Shown one piece after another: positions 23,996 to 38,446 of a stretch of DNA of 64,000 nucleotides. The DNA lies in contig MU619285.1 of NCBI GenBank assembly GCA_025201805.1, positions 147,317 to 211,316 on the forward strand, in the 5' to 3' direction. The notes beneath the pieces are model-generated. The model worked only from the letters and a program-made list of their open reading frames with translations. It did no database searches and was not told the DNA's origin. A program made the position numbers and the translations under genes. Numbering within the stretch: the first letter of the stretch is position 1; each line of letters begins with the position of its first letter. This stretch comes from Parasitella parasitica NRRL 2501 (Eukaryota; Fungi; Mucoromycota).

Positions 23996-26900
23996 TTATT
24001 CATCTTGGTATCCTTCTTCAAGCCAAAGGGGGGTATAATACTCAGGCACAGAAATCATTTTGAGAGGGATAGGCTGAGAACGATATTTTTTCTTTGCCGA
24101 TTTGTTCAGCACAGTCTCAAAGGAAAGTCTCTCTTGATTCTTGATTGTCAACTCTTTCTTTATAATATCATTCATCTGCAAGCATCGTTCCTAAAATAAT
24201 ATTTAATTAGCTTTTCTTTGCAATGAATAATTGCTTCGCCTTATTACCTTGAACTTCAAAAGGGCCTTTACTAAATGGATCGTTTGATCGTAAATATCGC
24301 CTATTATTAAAGGGAATCTAATCCTGTTACTGATATTATGAGATGTATAAAGGCCATTGGTGTGTAAAGTTGTGCATATCAAGTGCCCTTTTAAACCAGC
24401 AATTTGTAATGTTTAAAATTCGATATTTCGGGCGTATTTTCCTAGTAGTTTAAATGTCGTGTTCAATGCTTCTTTACTTTCCAAAATCAATTTTACACGA
24501 TCTTTTTGTGCTTTTGTAGCAGAAAAGTTTTTAGCGAATTCGGCAAAATCGACATCATACTTCTCTTCATTGATTGAACTGATCACTCTTAAATCCACTT
24601 TGAAAGGCGCATCTGTATTTTCCATATTTGTATCACCCCTTTTGATAAATTTCACATTAGTATACTTTATTTAACCTCTTTTGATAAACTACCACACACT
24701 TACCATCGAAGTGTTAATCCTGTGTGCTTGAAAATTTTAGAAATGATAGGACCCCAAGCTTTTATTATGAAGTCTTGTTCAGAACAATTGACTGGATCCC
24801 CTTATTTTCTGTCGTCGGATAAATGTTTGAAAAGGACTAGACTGTGAAGACTTTGTCTTCATCGTTAAACCATAAACCATAAGGCATCTATTCCAAAATA
24901 AAGAAAAATCTTGCTTCTTCATTTTTTTGTAATTTTTTATCACGTTTAGTTCCACTGACGGTTTTGTCTATGAAAGAAACTAGGATGGTTATTTCTAATG
25001 CTTTCAATCTGATCAAGTGCACTTTGGATTGCTGAATTCAAAGGTTCCAACTCTGCTTGCGTCAACTCCAGGTATCATTTTGAATTTTTCTACATCACGC
25101 TTACTATGATGTAAGGAAGTAATTCGTGACAAAGTCATGTCAATAGCAGCAGAATTGCTTAAGACACTTGTGGCCTCTTCTTCTGAATTATCTTTTACGT
25201 TAATTTTTAATTAAGTTTTAGTCTACAAGTATTTTGTAAAATACAACTTCTAAAACCACTTACTGCCGTTCCTCTTCAGAAACGTGTAGAGTATTTTGCT
25301 CAAGTTCCAGTCCATTGCTAATGTCCACTTCAATCTTCAAAGGCATAGAGGTATATCTCTTGAGTAGACACGTATTTTGCAAGCAATTTGTGTTTTTTGA
25401 AATCTGCACAAAGACATGTGCAGATAACGTTATTAATCACGCGTACTTGATTTGTAATTTGAGGCTTATTAGGATTAAATGATTATTATCGTCAGTATTT
25501 GTGAAAGAGCCTTGAGGGTTTCTAGTCAATGAAATAAGGCTTTCATTTGAGATTTGCGATGCCGCGTAAGATTTTCTTGTAATGGGCCCATGCGTCCAGC
25601 ATTTGCTAGTATTCTATTAGACTCTTTTGTGCAGTAATATTCAACATCGTTTGTTAGGACAAAGACCAATCTGTCTAATCTATTAATTCTTAATCGCTCA
25701 AAGTAAACGACTTTTAGTTGATTATGCCAACTTTCGATGTAGTTGTTGGTTACAAATGACTTGTGGATTTCTTTGACGACTATCTCTTGACTACTTCTTC
25801 ATTGTTAAACCAGTATCGAGTAAAATAATCTAGGACTTCAGTATGTTCTTCGATCTTTAGCTTGAATCTTTCTATTTTTCTAAATAATGAATTTTTTCCT
25901 CGTTTCAGCAAGAATTAAGTGCGAGTCGTTCAAAAGATCCGGTTTGTACTCTGTTGCTTCAGTGTTTGACATGCTCGTAGGTAAAGACAGTTTTGCACCC
26001 AAGTTATCTTTTCATGATCGCCAGATATAGAAGGCACAATAATGGATAACAACTTGATTTCTAAAAGCTGCTTTAATGGCATTAACTTCAGTCAAGCTAC
26101 AGTCAATCATAATTGCAGTAGGTGCAAAATTACAATTATCTCGCAGATAAACAAGTCATTGATTTATAGGACCTACACTTTGATCATTAGTGACCATATA
26201 TGCAACAGGATAGCCCTTTCCAGTCAATAAATCTTTAACTAAAAGGGTATATAAAACCTCCATGCTTCTAGAAGAAATGCCATGGGTAGCGTCTAGACAA
26301 AATGATTGATGCTGTTCCATTTTTCTTGATTGAATTTGGGATTGGAAACCATAAGCAAACAAACTTGTGTCTTGTAAATATAATTGTGGGTTGCCAGCAA
26401 AAAATTTATATCCCTGAGAAGCTAATTTATCATTCAACCAAAATAAAAATGATTCAATATCGTTCTCTCGATATCTGTACAAGTAATCTTTCATTTAATT
26501 ATAAAGTTTAATTTTTTCCTTATTGTTCAATAGCATAAATTGTATATCAATACCTTCTTCATTAAATTGTAAACATCGTCATAACTAGGACGTCGAGATC
26601 CTTTGTTTTCTTCTTTCAATGTATCCAAAGTTTTTAGGGTTGTAATTCTTATACTTCTGCATTTGTTTCCTGAAGCCAAATGTACTTGATAGTGTCAAGA
26701 GTCGTGCTGTTAATTGGCAACGTGCCCAGTTCATTTAAATCACCAGGAGTGTGATTTGTGTGATTTTTTAAAAGTTTGAACTCTACAACATTTGATCCTA
26801 AATGACTTGGCACATTTGCATGATAGCTGGCAATGCTCTATTGGGTTGCATACCCACAGCGCTTACTATCCTTTTGACCAATGTACAGATCGCTTGGATT

Positions 26901-28240
26901 CGTATGCTCCACTTTGATGACATTGTCTTGTTTCTCCAAATACGACTTTGTCACTACTCCTCCATTTTCTTAGTTTTGTCCATTTGGTACCGCAGTATTC
27001 GTTTATCTTTAATAGACATGCTTCCCATACTGAGGCCTTAACATAAATTACTACATCCAGTGGTAGTTTCCTTGATTGATTCGATGGCATTATGCTCAAC
27101 GCATTTTTGATATTAGCTACACTATATACGATAGGTGGAGTTTCGGACATGATTAGAGTTATTATCTATTCTAGATTGTCAAATATTTATGAATGACACT
27201 TAAAAGCCACTCGAAGCCACACTCTCTTTAAACATTTGTCCAACGACTGAAAATAAGGGGATCCAATTGACTATGTCGTTGGCATTAAAAAATTCAGGGA
27301 CAAACAGGTGGGTATCAAGCCTTGAAAAAAAAAATTGAGGTCAACAGTTTATCTCGTATTGAAAATCATGGAATACTTTACATCTTGAAAAAGATCATAA
27401 TTATATTTGCATTCGCTTTTTGCTTTACAAATTGTTCAAGAAATAACAACTGAATATCTGACAGCTGGGCTTAGTTTTTTTTCTAGGTCAGTTGTAGGAA
27501 TCAGTTTCAAATCTTTAAATGCACCTGGTATGGTGATAAATTTTACCTTCAATATGCCTTTAGCAATTTTCAAGGCATTATGGTCCAATTTTACTAGCTT
27601 TGGCTGGTTACGATAGACATCTTTCAAATTCTTGACTTTGTCAGTAGACAGATTGTACAAAATACTTCCCTCAGTATCGTCCAAGCAATTATTTTTAATT
27701 AAGCTAAAAATACAGTGTAAAAGCAAAAAACATTTCTATGACAGTAATATTCGAACATACCGCTCAGTCAGAACTTTAAATGGAATGCCAGAGACTTCGT
27801 CAAATACTGGATTCAATACCCAACTTAAATGGAATGGAATATTAAAAAAATGGAATGATTGTTGTCAATGACGACGAACGCTTCAGGAATGAGTTGAATA
27901 AAGGCAAAGGAAGAAAAAAAAAGCTTTACAAAAAAGTAAAAAAAAATATATAAATAACGAAAAAAAAAAAAAAAAAAAAAAAAAGAACATTATTTTTATG
28001 CTTCCATGTGTGCTATAGTATAAATATTATTATTTCATATTGTTCAATGTCAATCTTTTTTGCAAAATCAAATAATTCTTGCCCATTTTCAGGGATGGCA
28101 AAAGTCAATATTTTGTGTATCAATCGTTTTAGGCCATCTTCGGTAAATTGTTTGTTTCTAAATCTGAATTGAGTAAAATAGGCATCAAAACGAAAGTCGT
28201 TCAAGTTCTCGCGTAAATAGTTTATTTTTGATAGTTCCAT
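23996..28240 (-). pseudogene. PD-(D/E)xK-nuclease-like gene, split by a MULE insertion
   Basis: N-terminal MELSKINYLREN..., then CSEQDFIIKAWGP...LRW, FKVDLRV...DVDFAEFAK...KDRVKL, LQIAG...GLY, FP; in-frame stop at ~24413; the frame is continuous across the MULE empty site. Confidence 0.7.
24794..27264 (-). mobile_element. Mutator-like (MULE) DNA transposon with degenerate transposase
   Basis: 35-bp TIRs GGATCCCCTTATTTTC... (24794-24828 / 27230-27264, 32/35 identical); TSD AATTGACT at 24786-24793 and 27265-27272; transposase motifs FAYGFQS, FCLDATH, LYTLLV..TGKGYPVAY, TNNYIESWHNQLK, RLDRLVFVL and a SWIM-like CTC. Confidence 0.92.
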
Positions 28241-29294
28241 TTTGAATTATAAAAGAAATTAAAGAAAAGAGGCGTAATGCATTGTTATCATAGGGTGTTT
28301 AATTATGTTTGGTGGTAGAACTAGCTATTGACGCATATGAGGAACTGCTGGAACCCTGATACAGTAAACATTTAGGAAGATTTAGTTAAAACCTCTACGC
28401 TCAAAGGATTTTCAGATGATGGAAGAACACAACATTACCGAATCATCTGTTTAAAGCTATTTCTCGTTGAAAAAACTTGTCATAATAACACAGCAGACGA
28501 GAATAAGAGTAAAATGACGATTGTCTTTAACGTTGTATAATATGTGACGAAAGATTAGCGGCATAACATTAAATCAATGGATTCAAAATGTAGAAGATTA
28601 TGACTTATGAAGAAGGTTTACCTTTTTAAAAAAATCGCCACTTCGTAAGCATGTCTTGTTAATAAAAGTAACATGAACTACCAAAATCAACCTTATAGTT
28701 GTCAACTTCCATCTCATATTGTGCTCTTAGCAAAAGTTCAGTTTTTGGGTAGTCCATATAGTACGAAATTTCAAAAAAAGTCTAAACTTTCAAAAGCATT
28801 TCGTCCTGGAAAAAATAAATGACGTCTCGAAATGTGATTTTCAGAGTTCCCAAATAAAAATTACAGGCCATCCTATTTAAAAAACAATGCACAAAAACTG
28901 TTGGCACAATCAGTTTTACAATACAAAATATACACAGTTTAGAAGTGTGTCAAATATTTTTGTGCCATCAATTTTTGGAAAGGGTATGTGTATGCGACAT
29001 CTTTTCTTCAAAAGGCATGACACTCTTTTCTTGAATTGTGCAACATTGTTATTTTAAAAGGTGTACCACTATAATGCTCGGTTTTTAACATGCTTAGCCA
29101 TTTGATGCTGCGCTTATTTTGCCATCCCGAAGAAAGGCGAAAGGTTATGCCCAAAGATGGGAAATTGAGCGGGAAAAAAGTTGCAAAGCTTGGAGAGAAA
29201 CATGCCTTAAACTGTTTCTCGTCTTTCTTCTTTGGACTTGTTCCTCTTTTCCGTTTATAAATCTCACCTTTAATTCAACGACACACGCAGATAT

Positions 29295-32200
29295 ATGTTC
29301 GATGCACCTACAAGCACACTGTATAACTCTCTGAATAATCTTCTGGACAATCCTAAAGAATATCTGGCCGATGTATGCTTCATATTTCCATCCTCTGAAA
29401 TATTTGCCCATCGAGGTATATATACATCCATAGGTATACCAGAGAAATGAATACACGCTAACCATAATCTGTAGCCATCCTATTGACCAGAGCACCAAAA
29501 GAATTTGTTGAACGCTATTTACCTGAATTATATGACAATCAACAGAACAATCTGCTTAAATTGGATGTGAGCGACATAATTTCCCAAGATTTGTTTACGC
29601 TACTACTTCGATTCTGGTACACTGCTTCTTATTATAACCTTGTATCACCACAATCGAGTATTTCAGACTTATCAGTCAATACCCCTTTAAATGGCTCTCC
29701 TCGATTGACGGAAAAAGATTCGATTACGTTACTGCCTGTTATCCAAAGCCCCCCTCCCGGTTTTCAGTCTTCAAATATCCAGCAACAATTAGAGCAGCTA
29801 GGCATTAAATTAGGGACGGCTCTATTGCCACCACAATGCGATGCATTTCCAGATTTTGTTCAATTAGTAAGCGATCTGAAGCGAATGCGAGACGAAGAAA
29901 TAGCTACAGATGTAACCATTAGTCTTGTCTCGTCATCATCAAACGGCAAGACCATCATTCCAAGCTTATTATCTACGTCGCCTGATAACCACACTCATAA
30001 TGTCGACATTACAGTAGCAGAATTCAGAGCCCATCGCTTTATATTGGCAGCACAGTCATCGTACTTTTACTCATTATTTTGTGCTCAATTTCAAGAAGCA
30101 TCGAGCACAATGGTGCATTTGACAGACGATTTATTCAATGAAGCTATTATTGAGGTTGTTCTCAACTTTTTTTATACAGATAAAATTATTGTGAAGCCAT
30201 TGCCCAACAACGGCAGCAAATCCTCGTCACTGCTGCAACGCCGTCTTCAACATAACAAGCAAGCACTTCGAGTCATACAAAAGACGTTTTATTCGGCAGA
30301 TTATCTGGGCCATAGCGATACTTTGGGTAGTGCTATTTTGTATGAAATGGAACACCTATGCCACCAGTTCAAATGTGTTTGTGCAGAGTGTGCTGTACTG
30401 TTGCCGTCCATGCTAGTGTGGTCTGACAAGCACATCGAAATGGTACCTAAGCTTAGACGCACGCTCATTCTGCTTTATTCTGACCCAGTACACTCCTTGG
30501 CTCCTCTTTGGTCACAAAAACCGTTTGCAATGCTTATTGCGTGTCTGGTTCCTTCCGCAGCCACCCTGGGCGAAGATACGCTGGCAGCTGTAATCAAGCA
30601 AGAGCCCTTGTTCCGTGCAAGAAAGCCAAAGACGCTCATTCACGAAATAGTAGAGCGCACATTTTACAATGTGACAAAACACAATGCAATCCACGTACTA
30701 CATTCTCTTCATCTCTGCCTATCTCAGATTAGAAGCGCAGATCCTACTCCCTCATGGTCTCGTCCAGCATTAGACCTAGTCAATCCAGTCCTGCACTACA
30801 CGGTCAGCATGGTCTCTCAATTCTTTGACTTTTACTGTGTGGAATACCCCATTCTACTTTCATGTGTCGACGGTATTGGAGCAGGCTTCTCTGTCGATTT
30901 CTTGGACTTCCTGTTACGTCATGTGCTAAACGAAGGTATCAAAGAAACAAATGCGGGTGTCATTTACCAAGGCATTCTGCGTGATCTTGTGGGACGACAG
31001 GAAGTAGTTCAAAATATGGCCATTGATGATGTATTGATTAAAGGCAGATCCCGTTGCGCGGCCTATATCGCTAAAAACTGGACCAAAGTCAAATCTCAAG
31101 GCGGGTTTCGTACATTGGAGAAATCGACAATGCGCCAGCTAGCTGAGGATATCAACGTGCCTTATCGCTCTTTGACAAAGCCCTTTGACACAGATTTCTC
31201 CAACATCTTTAGCTTCAAGCCTCGCAAATCCAAGAAATACTATCAAAATGCACAAGATGATAAGAATGCTACTTTGACTGAAGTCTATACTCGGCGCCTG
31301 TCGCTTGGTAACTTGATGACTCGACCTTCTACTGCTAGTCTAGTTGGTAATTCTTCTCGTCGCATACAAAGGCCAAGAGCCCTCTCTACTGAGCCTGTGC
31401 TCATCTCTGATATTAGACGTTACAATACAAACCATACATCCAGCGAGAATCAACAACTTATTACCATGTTGGCTTACGAAACTCAAGAACGAGGCCGGGA
31501 GTTAGAAGAGCAGGACAACGCTATTGAACCGTTGACAGCAACTATGTCCTTGGAAGAGCATCAAATACAAAGAGACACCCAAAATAATACGATTGCAAAT
31601 ACAAAAACTGAATTTGCTAGACCATCGCTCCGTACTAGCTCATCATTTACTTCTTTGACAGATCAGCTTTTACCAGTCGACACTATTTCGCCGGCCTATG
31701 TTTCTCCAGAATCTTTGTCTAAAACGGCTCCTACAATTGGAACTCGTCCTAGTAGACTAAAGTTTGAACTACCAGCAACGCCATCTCGATCTAGATCGCC
31801 CAGCGCCTCGCTTGCCTCTTCCTCCACTACCATGCCATCCCTGAATACACACAGCGCTAGTAGCAACGTGAGCACGTCGGCAGGCTTTTTATCTCCTCAA
31901 GTCAACCAAAAGAACAGAGCTCGTAGAGGAAGTAAAACCCGTAGATCTAGATGGAGCATCGGGAGTAGCGGTGATGCGAGTGAGGATGAAGAACTCTCTG
32001 TTCCTCCTGCTGTAGGTGACAAAATTGAATTGTTGCGTCGTCCTTTGCCTACCATGGGTACTATCAGATACGTTGGCCCTGTTCAATTTTCAGAGGGTCC
32101 TTATATAGGTGTTGAACTCGAGAGTAGATGTAAGCAGTTTGCCTATTTATACAAGTGTATACCTTACTTACCTTCAACTGATTTAAATTCACGTAGTGGG

Positions 32201-32321
32201 CAAAAGTGATGGCTCCGTCGATGGTGTCCGATACTTTTACACAGATCCTCAGCGTGCTCTTTTTGTCAGGCCGGATGATTTCAAGATTTTAAGCAATCAG
32301 CATTCACATCATCACAGATGA
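29295..32321 (+). CDS. BTB/POZ (two domains) + C-terminal CAP-Gly protein (3 exons)
   Basis: Exon 1 ADVCFIF...IFAHRAIL; second BTB TDVTI...FRAHRFILAAQSSYFYSLF; CAP-Gly GTIRYVGPVQFSEGPYIGVELE..LGKSDGSVDGVRYF. Confidence 0.85.
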
Positions 32322-32776
32322 AGAGAAAAAAACATACATGTAACAATATATACCATTCTTGTTGAATTTATCTTAGTAAACTATCGTTGTATGTACATAT
32401 GTACATAATGAGAACAAAAACACCATGAATTGTTTTAAAAGACTTTCAAATAAGCTCTAACGATTAAAATTACCTGAAGAAACGTATATTATAACGTCAA
32501 TTTTTGCTCTGATAGCTTTGCGACCCTCAGTCTATGATATGAACCTTCTGGCCTAGAGCTTGTTTAAATGCCTTTGTTCCTGTAGCGACAACCACAGCCT
32601 ATCAAAGTTATTAGTTAAAAAGGGCTTTTTTTTTTTTTTGCTTTTGGGATTCTTTATAGCTTATATACACTTCGTCATAATTATTTGCAACTTTACTTCG
32701 GCTCAGAAAGCAAAATAAGAGTGAAAAACTCTAAATGCTTTTACGAAATATACAGTAGTAGATAACGAAATACAAT

Positions 32777-34284
32777 TTAATTATTAGGTAAAACTTTCTC
32801 TGGGTTCATCAAGCCCTTTGGATCTAATGCGATCTTGATCGTTTTCATCATGTCGACTGTATTTTCGCCCAGCTCCTTTGTCAAAAACATCTTTTTGCCA
32901 ATGCCAACGCCATGCTCGCCAGTGACAGATCCTTCCATACGAATAGCCCTTTCCAGAAGGTTTTTGTTGAGACGCTTAGCTTCCTGATATTCCTCGTCGC
33001 TGCTCTTGTTAAATAATATGAATACATGGAAGTTACCATCACCTACATGTCCAACCATTGGACAAGGCAAGAAAGATCCCTCGAGATCTTTTGTGGTTTC
33101 TGCGATTAATTCAGGTAATTTCGACACTGGTACAACAACATCTGTAGTCCAAACAGATGCATCTGGCTTCAAAAGAGTGGAAGACCAGAGTGCAATTTTT
33201 CTGCCTTCCCACAGCTCTGCCTTTTCAGCTTCGTTCTTGGCATATTTAAATTTGCCTCCTTGATGCTTCTTTGCAATCTCGGAAACCACTTTAATTTCGT
33301 GGTCTACAATCACCTTGGAGCCGCCAGAGAACTTAAAAAATAAAGTAGGCTTTTCAGAATGGCCTAGGTCAGGATTTCCCAAGTTGATGGCTTTCATCAT
33401 CTGTGCATCTAACAGTTCAACAGCTCCTATTTGCACGCCAGCACGAACCAAGTCTGGGACAACGGCTGCTGCATCACGAATTGTAGGGAAATCACACACG
33501 GCAACAGTTTCTTCCTTTGGTGATACAGCCAATTTGAGCGTAATCTCTGTAACTACACCCAAGGTACCTTCAGATCCAATAAACAGCTTAGTGAGATCAT
33601 ACCCAGCAGACGACTTGCGAGGTCTTTGACGTGTCTTTAATATCTTGCCTTCAGGTGTGACAACAGTGAGGTTGATAACCCATTCGCGCATTGTACCATA
33701 GCGCACAGCATTTGTACCCGAACAAGATGTACCCACCATACCACCAATACAAGCACTATTACATGTTGATAAATATATGCTTGTCTCAGTAATGAATTGT
33801 AATACTTACCCTGGTCCAGGGTCCATTGGAAAGAACAAGCCTTGCTTTTTCAGATAGATATTCAAATCTTCCCATTGAATACCAGGTTGTACTACAATAT
33901 CCATATCTTGGGGATGAAATTCGACGATTTGATCCATATGTTCCGTGAATGATATACAAATGCCTCCCTTCGGCGCGGAAAAATGGCCTTCTAATGATGT
34001 ACCTCCAGAAAACGGGATGATGGGCAGATTAAATCGATTGGCAATCTTGACGATATCTGCAACTTCAGTTGTACTGCTAGGAAACACAACAATGTTCGGT
34101 GCGCCTTCGTTATGATAAGAGTTATTGGAATAGCCATGATCCTGCAATGCCTCTTCATCGACAGATACGTGCTCGGCAGGTAACACTTTGCGAAGTTCGT
34201 TGAAGGCTCTGGTAATTACTTCGTGTGTTGGAATAGCAGGCACGGGAACTTGAGGTCGAGGTTGCTTTGATGCAATAGCATCCA

Positions 34285-34317
<33 letters not shown>

Positions 34318-34513
34318 CTGCTATACTTGCCTCAGATTGCTGCTTGTTGCTGCCATACCAATAACCGGAACCAGCGGCTATCAAAGTAGCAGCTGCGAAA
34401 ATTGCATAATTTGGTTTGGTGGCTGCGATATTGTGTTGTTGTGTTTGGTAAAGCCTTGTGTTGATAATAGTTTGGTTAGTAAAACGTTTAAAATGGGTGT
34501 TTAATCTGAGCAT
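32777..34513 (-). CDS. DLD1: Mitochondrial D-lactate dehydrogenase (cytochrome), FAD-linked; intron 33756-33809
   Basis: Presequence, PFSGGTSLEGH, DPGPGACIGGMVGTSCSGTNAVRYGTM, SSAGYDLT.LFIGSEGTLG, GHVGDGNFH, GEHGVG, LDPKGLMNP. Confidence 0.93.
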
Positions 34514-35133
34514 TTTTCAGAGTGCAAATGTTGTTTCGCAATTAAAGGAATAAATATAAAATCTGGGGAATTTGTCTGTTTATATTTAATTTGGCAAATT
34601 ATTCTGCCGTGCTATGTTATCAGGAAAACATTATGAGAAGGTCTAGTTTAAAGTTTGATCTTAGATTCATTATTTATAAGATTTGTGTTCTTGAAAAAAT
34701 TCAGATAAACATGAGTGTAGTTCCAGAGAGCACTTTATATGTCGGGAAACATTTGTAATCGTGGTAGAGTTCGTCATTAAGGTGTTTGGTTTATAAACTA
34801 GATGATCTAAAAGAACAACGTTAATAATAGTTCACAAGTTGCAGACAAATCACCACTGCTTTCCTCAATCGTTTGCTTTGCATTTTGTCAGAGTCTGCTG
34901 TATTACTGAGTATTCAATACTATCGAAATTAAAATGATTTGACTAATTTGTAGATATTGGTAATGGAGTCATTGATAACTCTTTATTTTTTGCCTATTCG
35001 AATACTACAGGTACATAGTATGTTTAGTTACGAATTTATTTTTGTTTACAACAATAGAAGTAGAGGAATTGAGGGCGCGCGCGGGAAAAGGGAAAGAAAA
35101 AACAATATACCAAAGTTTATATAATTTTGTTAT

Positions 35134-38100
35134 TTAAGCAACAGTCTTTTGAGCTAATGTAATCTTATCACCAAGACTTAAAGCAATGCCTTGAGTCTTT
35201 GACCGAATCCGAATATGGCCAGTAATGGGGCCATCAGCGTTCTTTTCAATACTCAAGTTTGCTAGTGCGTCTTCGCCAAAGATACTTCTGGCGTACATAT
35301 TGGCTGATAAGAAACCACAATCGCCTTCTAATTGCCTCTTGGGTGTTAAGCAGCTCATGTTAGTTGAATCCATAATATGTTGCAAGTAGTCTCTCAATTC
35401 ACTGTAGTAACCAGGTGTCAACAAAAAAAAAACGAATTATTGCAATAAAAACCAACTTACCCAACATTAGTGTTGACATTAACCTTATTTTCCCATTCAA
35501 ACTCGGTCCACATGGAACGGAATTGAGTTTCGTTGCAGTAGGCAGGATTGATGTAATCCATGATATCAATATGAATGTCGTTCAGAACAACACAGTTTTC
35601 GGTTGATCCATGAGAATCGTATACAATGTTACCAAAAATAACACCTGTTTCAGTAGAAGAGACCTTGATGGGTGCCTTAATTGTCAAGAAAGAGTGAGGA
35701 GCTAAATTATGAGTGGCAGGACGATCAACAAGCTTGAGATCGCCCAAAGTGGCAAATTCTACTATCAAGTTTTGCAAGGTTTCGTTTGTTTGGTTCACAA
35801 TGAGAACATCCATCAAAATATCATATTGATGAACATTCACAACGGCTTCAGCATACACCTTGTCAGAGAACCCTGTTAATTGCACAATACGGTTCAGCTT
35901 GGACATCAAATCATCCTTATCATCCAGAGAACCTGTAGCACGAGAAAGATCCTGGTCATATTCATCAGCAGCACCGCCAGATTTTTTTGAGAATTGACGG
36001 AATATAATAGCGTCGTCTACCTGAATTTGTAAACTAGTTTCGTTTTCTGCCTTAGCGTCAGCTATGCGTTTGTCTTCGGCTTGAAGTTGCTTTGCGTAAA
36101 CATCACGAGTATCTTGCAAGTAAACAGTGTTGATTTCCTCATTTTGACCAGCTGTACCAACAATTCGCAAATCCTGCATTACACGATCATATGAATCCTC
36201 GTCAATTTCGAATGCAACAAACTTGGATTGACCAATACGCAAAATACTGGTCATAATCAGCATAGCTTCAGCTTTACGAGAATTTTTAAGTGCTTCATCA
36301 GAAGCTATCTTGTTGAACCGGAGTACCAGTTTAGTAATGGCAGTTGATAGAACTGTACCGAGGAAGTAATCGCCAGCAAGTAAGAGAGATCTAAGTGGTG
36401 GTTTCTTGGCAGCTTTCACAGCTTCTAATCTTGAAGCAGATGCAGAGGATTCAGTGTACGCACTTTCAGTGGCATACGTACCATCAGCAAGAATACGACG
36501 AGGGGCTGCACCACCAGATGGAACAGCAGCCTTATCTCCCTTATCCGCTTCGTCATCGGCATCTTCAGTAGCATCGAATAACTTTTGTTCTGATGCTAAT
36601 AATGGAATTTCACCCAAAGTATGACGAATTTGATTCCAAGCCTCGTCAATCTCCTTTATACTCTCGCAATATTCTCCAATGATCCAAAGAGCACCACGAA
36701 ATACCTTTCCTGATTTCATATCGGCAAATGTGTCCAACAACTTCTCCAAAATGGATTCTCGAAGTCCAGGGAATTTTTCGACTACCTCACGAACAAAAGC
36801 AACGACATCGACAGCTGCTGGGTTGTTTGAATCGCCCAAAAATTCCATAAGTACATGAACAACATTAGCTGCAACTTCTGAGAATTTGATGGCGCAAGAA
36901 TGAATGGATTGAATCAATAACTGGCGATATTCGGTATTCTACACGTAAAGAATTAAAATTGCGCGTTTGGTTCTCGCCTCCCCCAAAAAAAACATACCTT
37001 TTCATAAGCATCGTCTTGAGTTTTGGATAATTCTTTTTTGAGGAAAAGAATAACCTCTTGTACGTTTCGAGAGGATACCATCTCCAATCCAATACGAATA
37101 GCTTTGCGACGTACTTCAATATCAGGACTGTACAAGTATATTTGTGTTAATTTTGCCATATTGTTATCAGTATTTTTTTTCTTTTACCTTGATAAAACTT
37201 GAAGAATATCCATGACTAGATCGTTTAAAATATGATCATGCTTATTCCTAATTTCTTCAAGCCTGTCTAGGACAATCAGCTTGACATTGTTGTCAGATTC
37301 CTTGACAATAAGCTCAATATAACAAGAAGCAGCAGCTACATTCAACAGTTAATATTGTCTACTATCGCAACACTAGGGCCCTCTTACCTTTGACAGCAGC
37401 CGGGCTAGTAGTTAAATACAAAAGGACAGTAGCAGCTTCGTATTTAACAGAGTGTGAAGCGGCTGTCAAAAGCTCAGATAAGCAGCGGATATAAGCAGCC
37501 TAGCATTTGCTTAAATGATTAGCATTGTTCTGGGATCCACCAAGAAAAAAGACAGCTTACCTTGTTTGCTGAACTGACCTTGGAGTCTTTACGGATCAGC
37601 TCAATAACTGCCAGTTGCAACAATTCGTCAAATGTAGGTACAGAATCAATGACTTGCAAGAGATAATGAACAGCAAGTGGTTGGTCAACATTGCACAAAA
37701 CAACGAATGCATTACGTCTACAAGTCATATCTGCCTCCTAGTGTACAGTGTTAATATCAGATGGTTCCAATAAAAACAATAACATACTGATAGTAAGAAT
37801 GATTGAACAACTTCAGGTGCGTCTGGGAACAGATAATCGAAAGCTTTGAAGATGGCTCCAATAGCGAAAACTGCGTTCTTTCTGACATAAGAATGGCGAT
37901 GTTCCTGAAGTGATAAAAATTGTCAATTTCTAGGATCTGTAAAAATTGGATTTGTTAAGATTAATTACCAAACAAGCTCTAACAGAAGGAACAAGTGGTT
38001 CAAGGACTTCAGCTTCTTTTATTTTACACAGGAAACGAAGAGTTGAACCTCGAATGTACTCATTGGGATGTTGAAGATCATTCATAAGAGCGTTGCTATG

Positions 38101-38446
38101 ATATATTTAATGCTAAATAAAAAAAATGGTACAGACTATACACTTACCAGACTAGAATAAATTCATCTTTGAGTTTACCATCTGGTTTTGTCTTGGGGCA
38201 AATTTCCCAATAAAACTGCAATAACTTTTTCAACTGCTTATTTCTAGAGGGCAATACAAAACGAATGACATGCAATAAAAGCTTTTCCATAGGCTCACCA
38301 TTCAACATAATGACGAGTAGTTTCTTCATTGTTTCGATGCGAGTTTCATCAGAGCCTTTCTCAAAGGCTCTTTGAAATTCTTGGATAGAAGGTGTTTCTG
38401 TCGCGTCGTCTTGGTAAACGAGCGTGTAGCAAAGGTCTGTTGCCAT
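35134..38446 (-). CDS. SEC26: Coatomer beta subunit (multi-exon)
   Basis: [93 protein letters not shown]. Confidence 0.96.
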
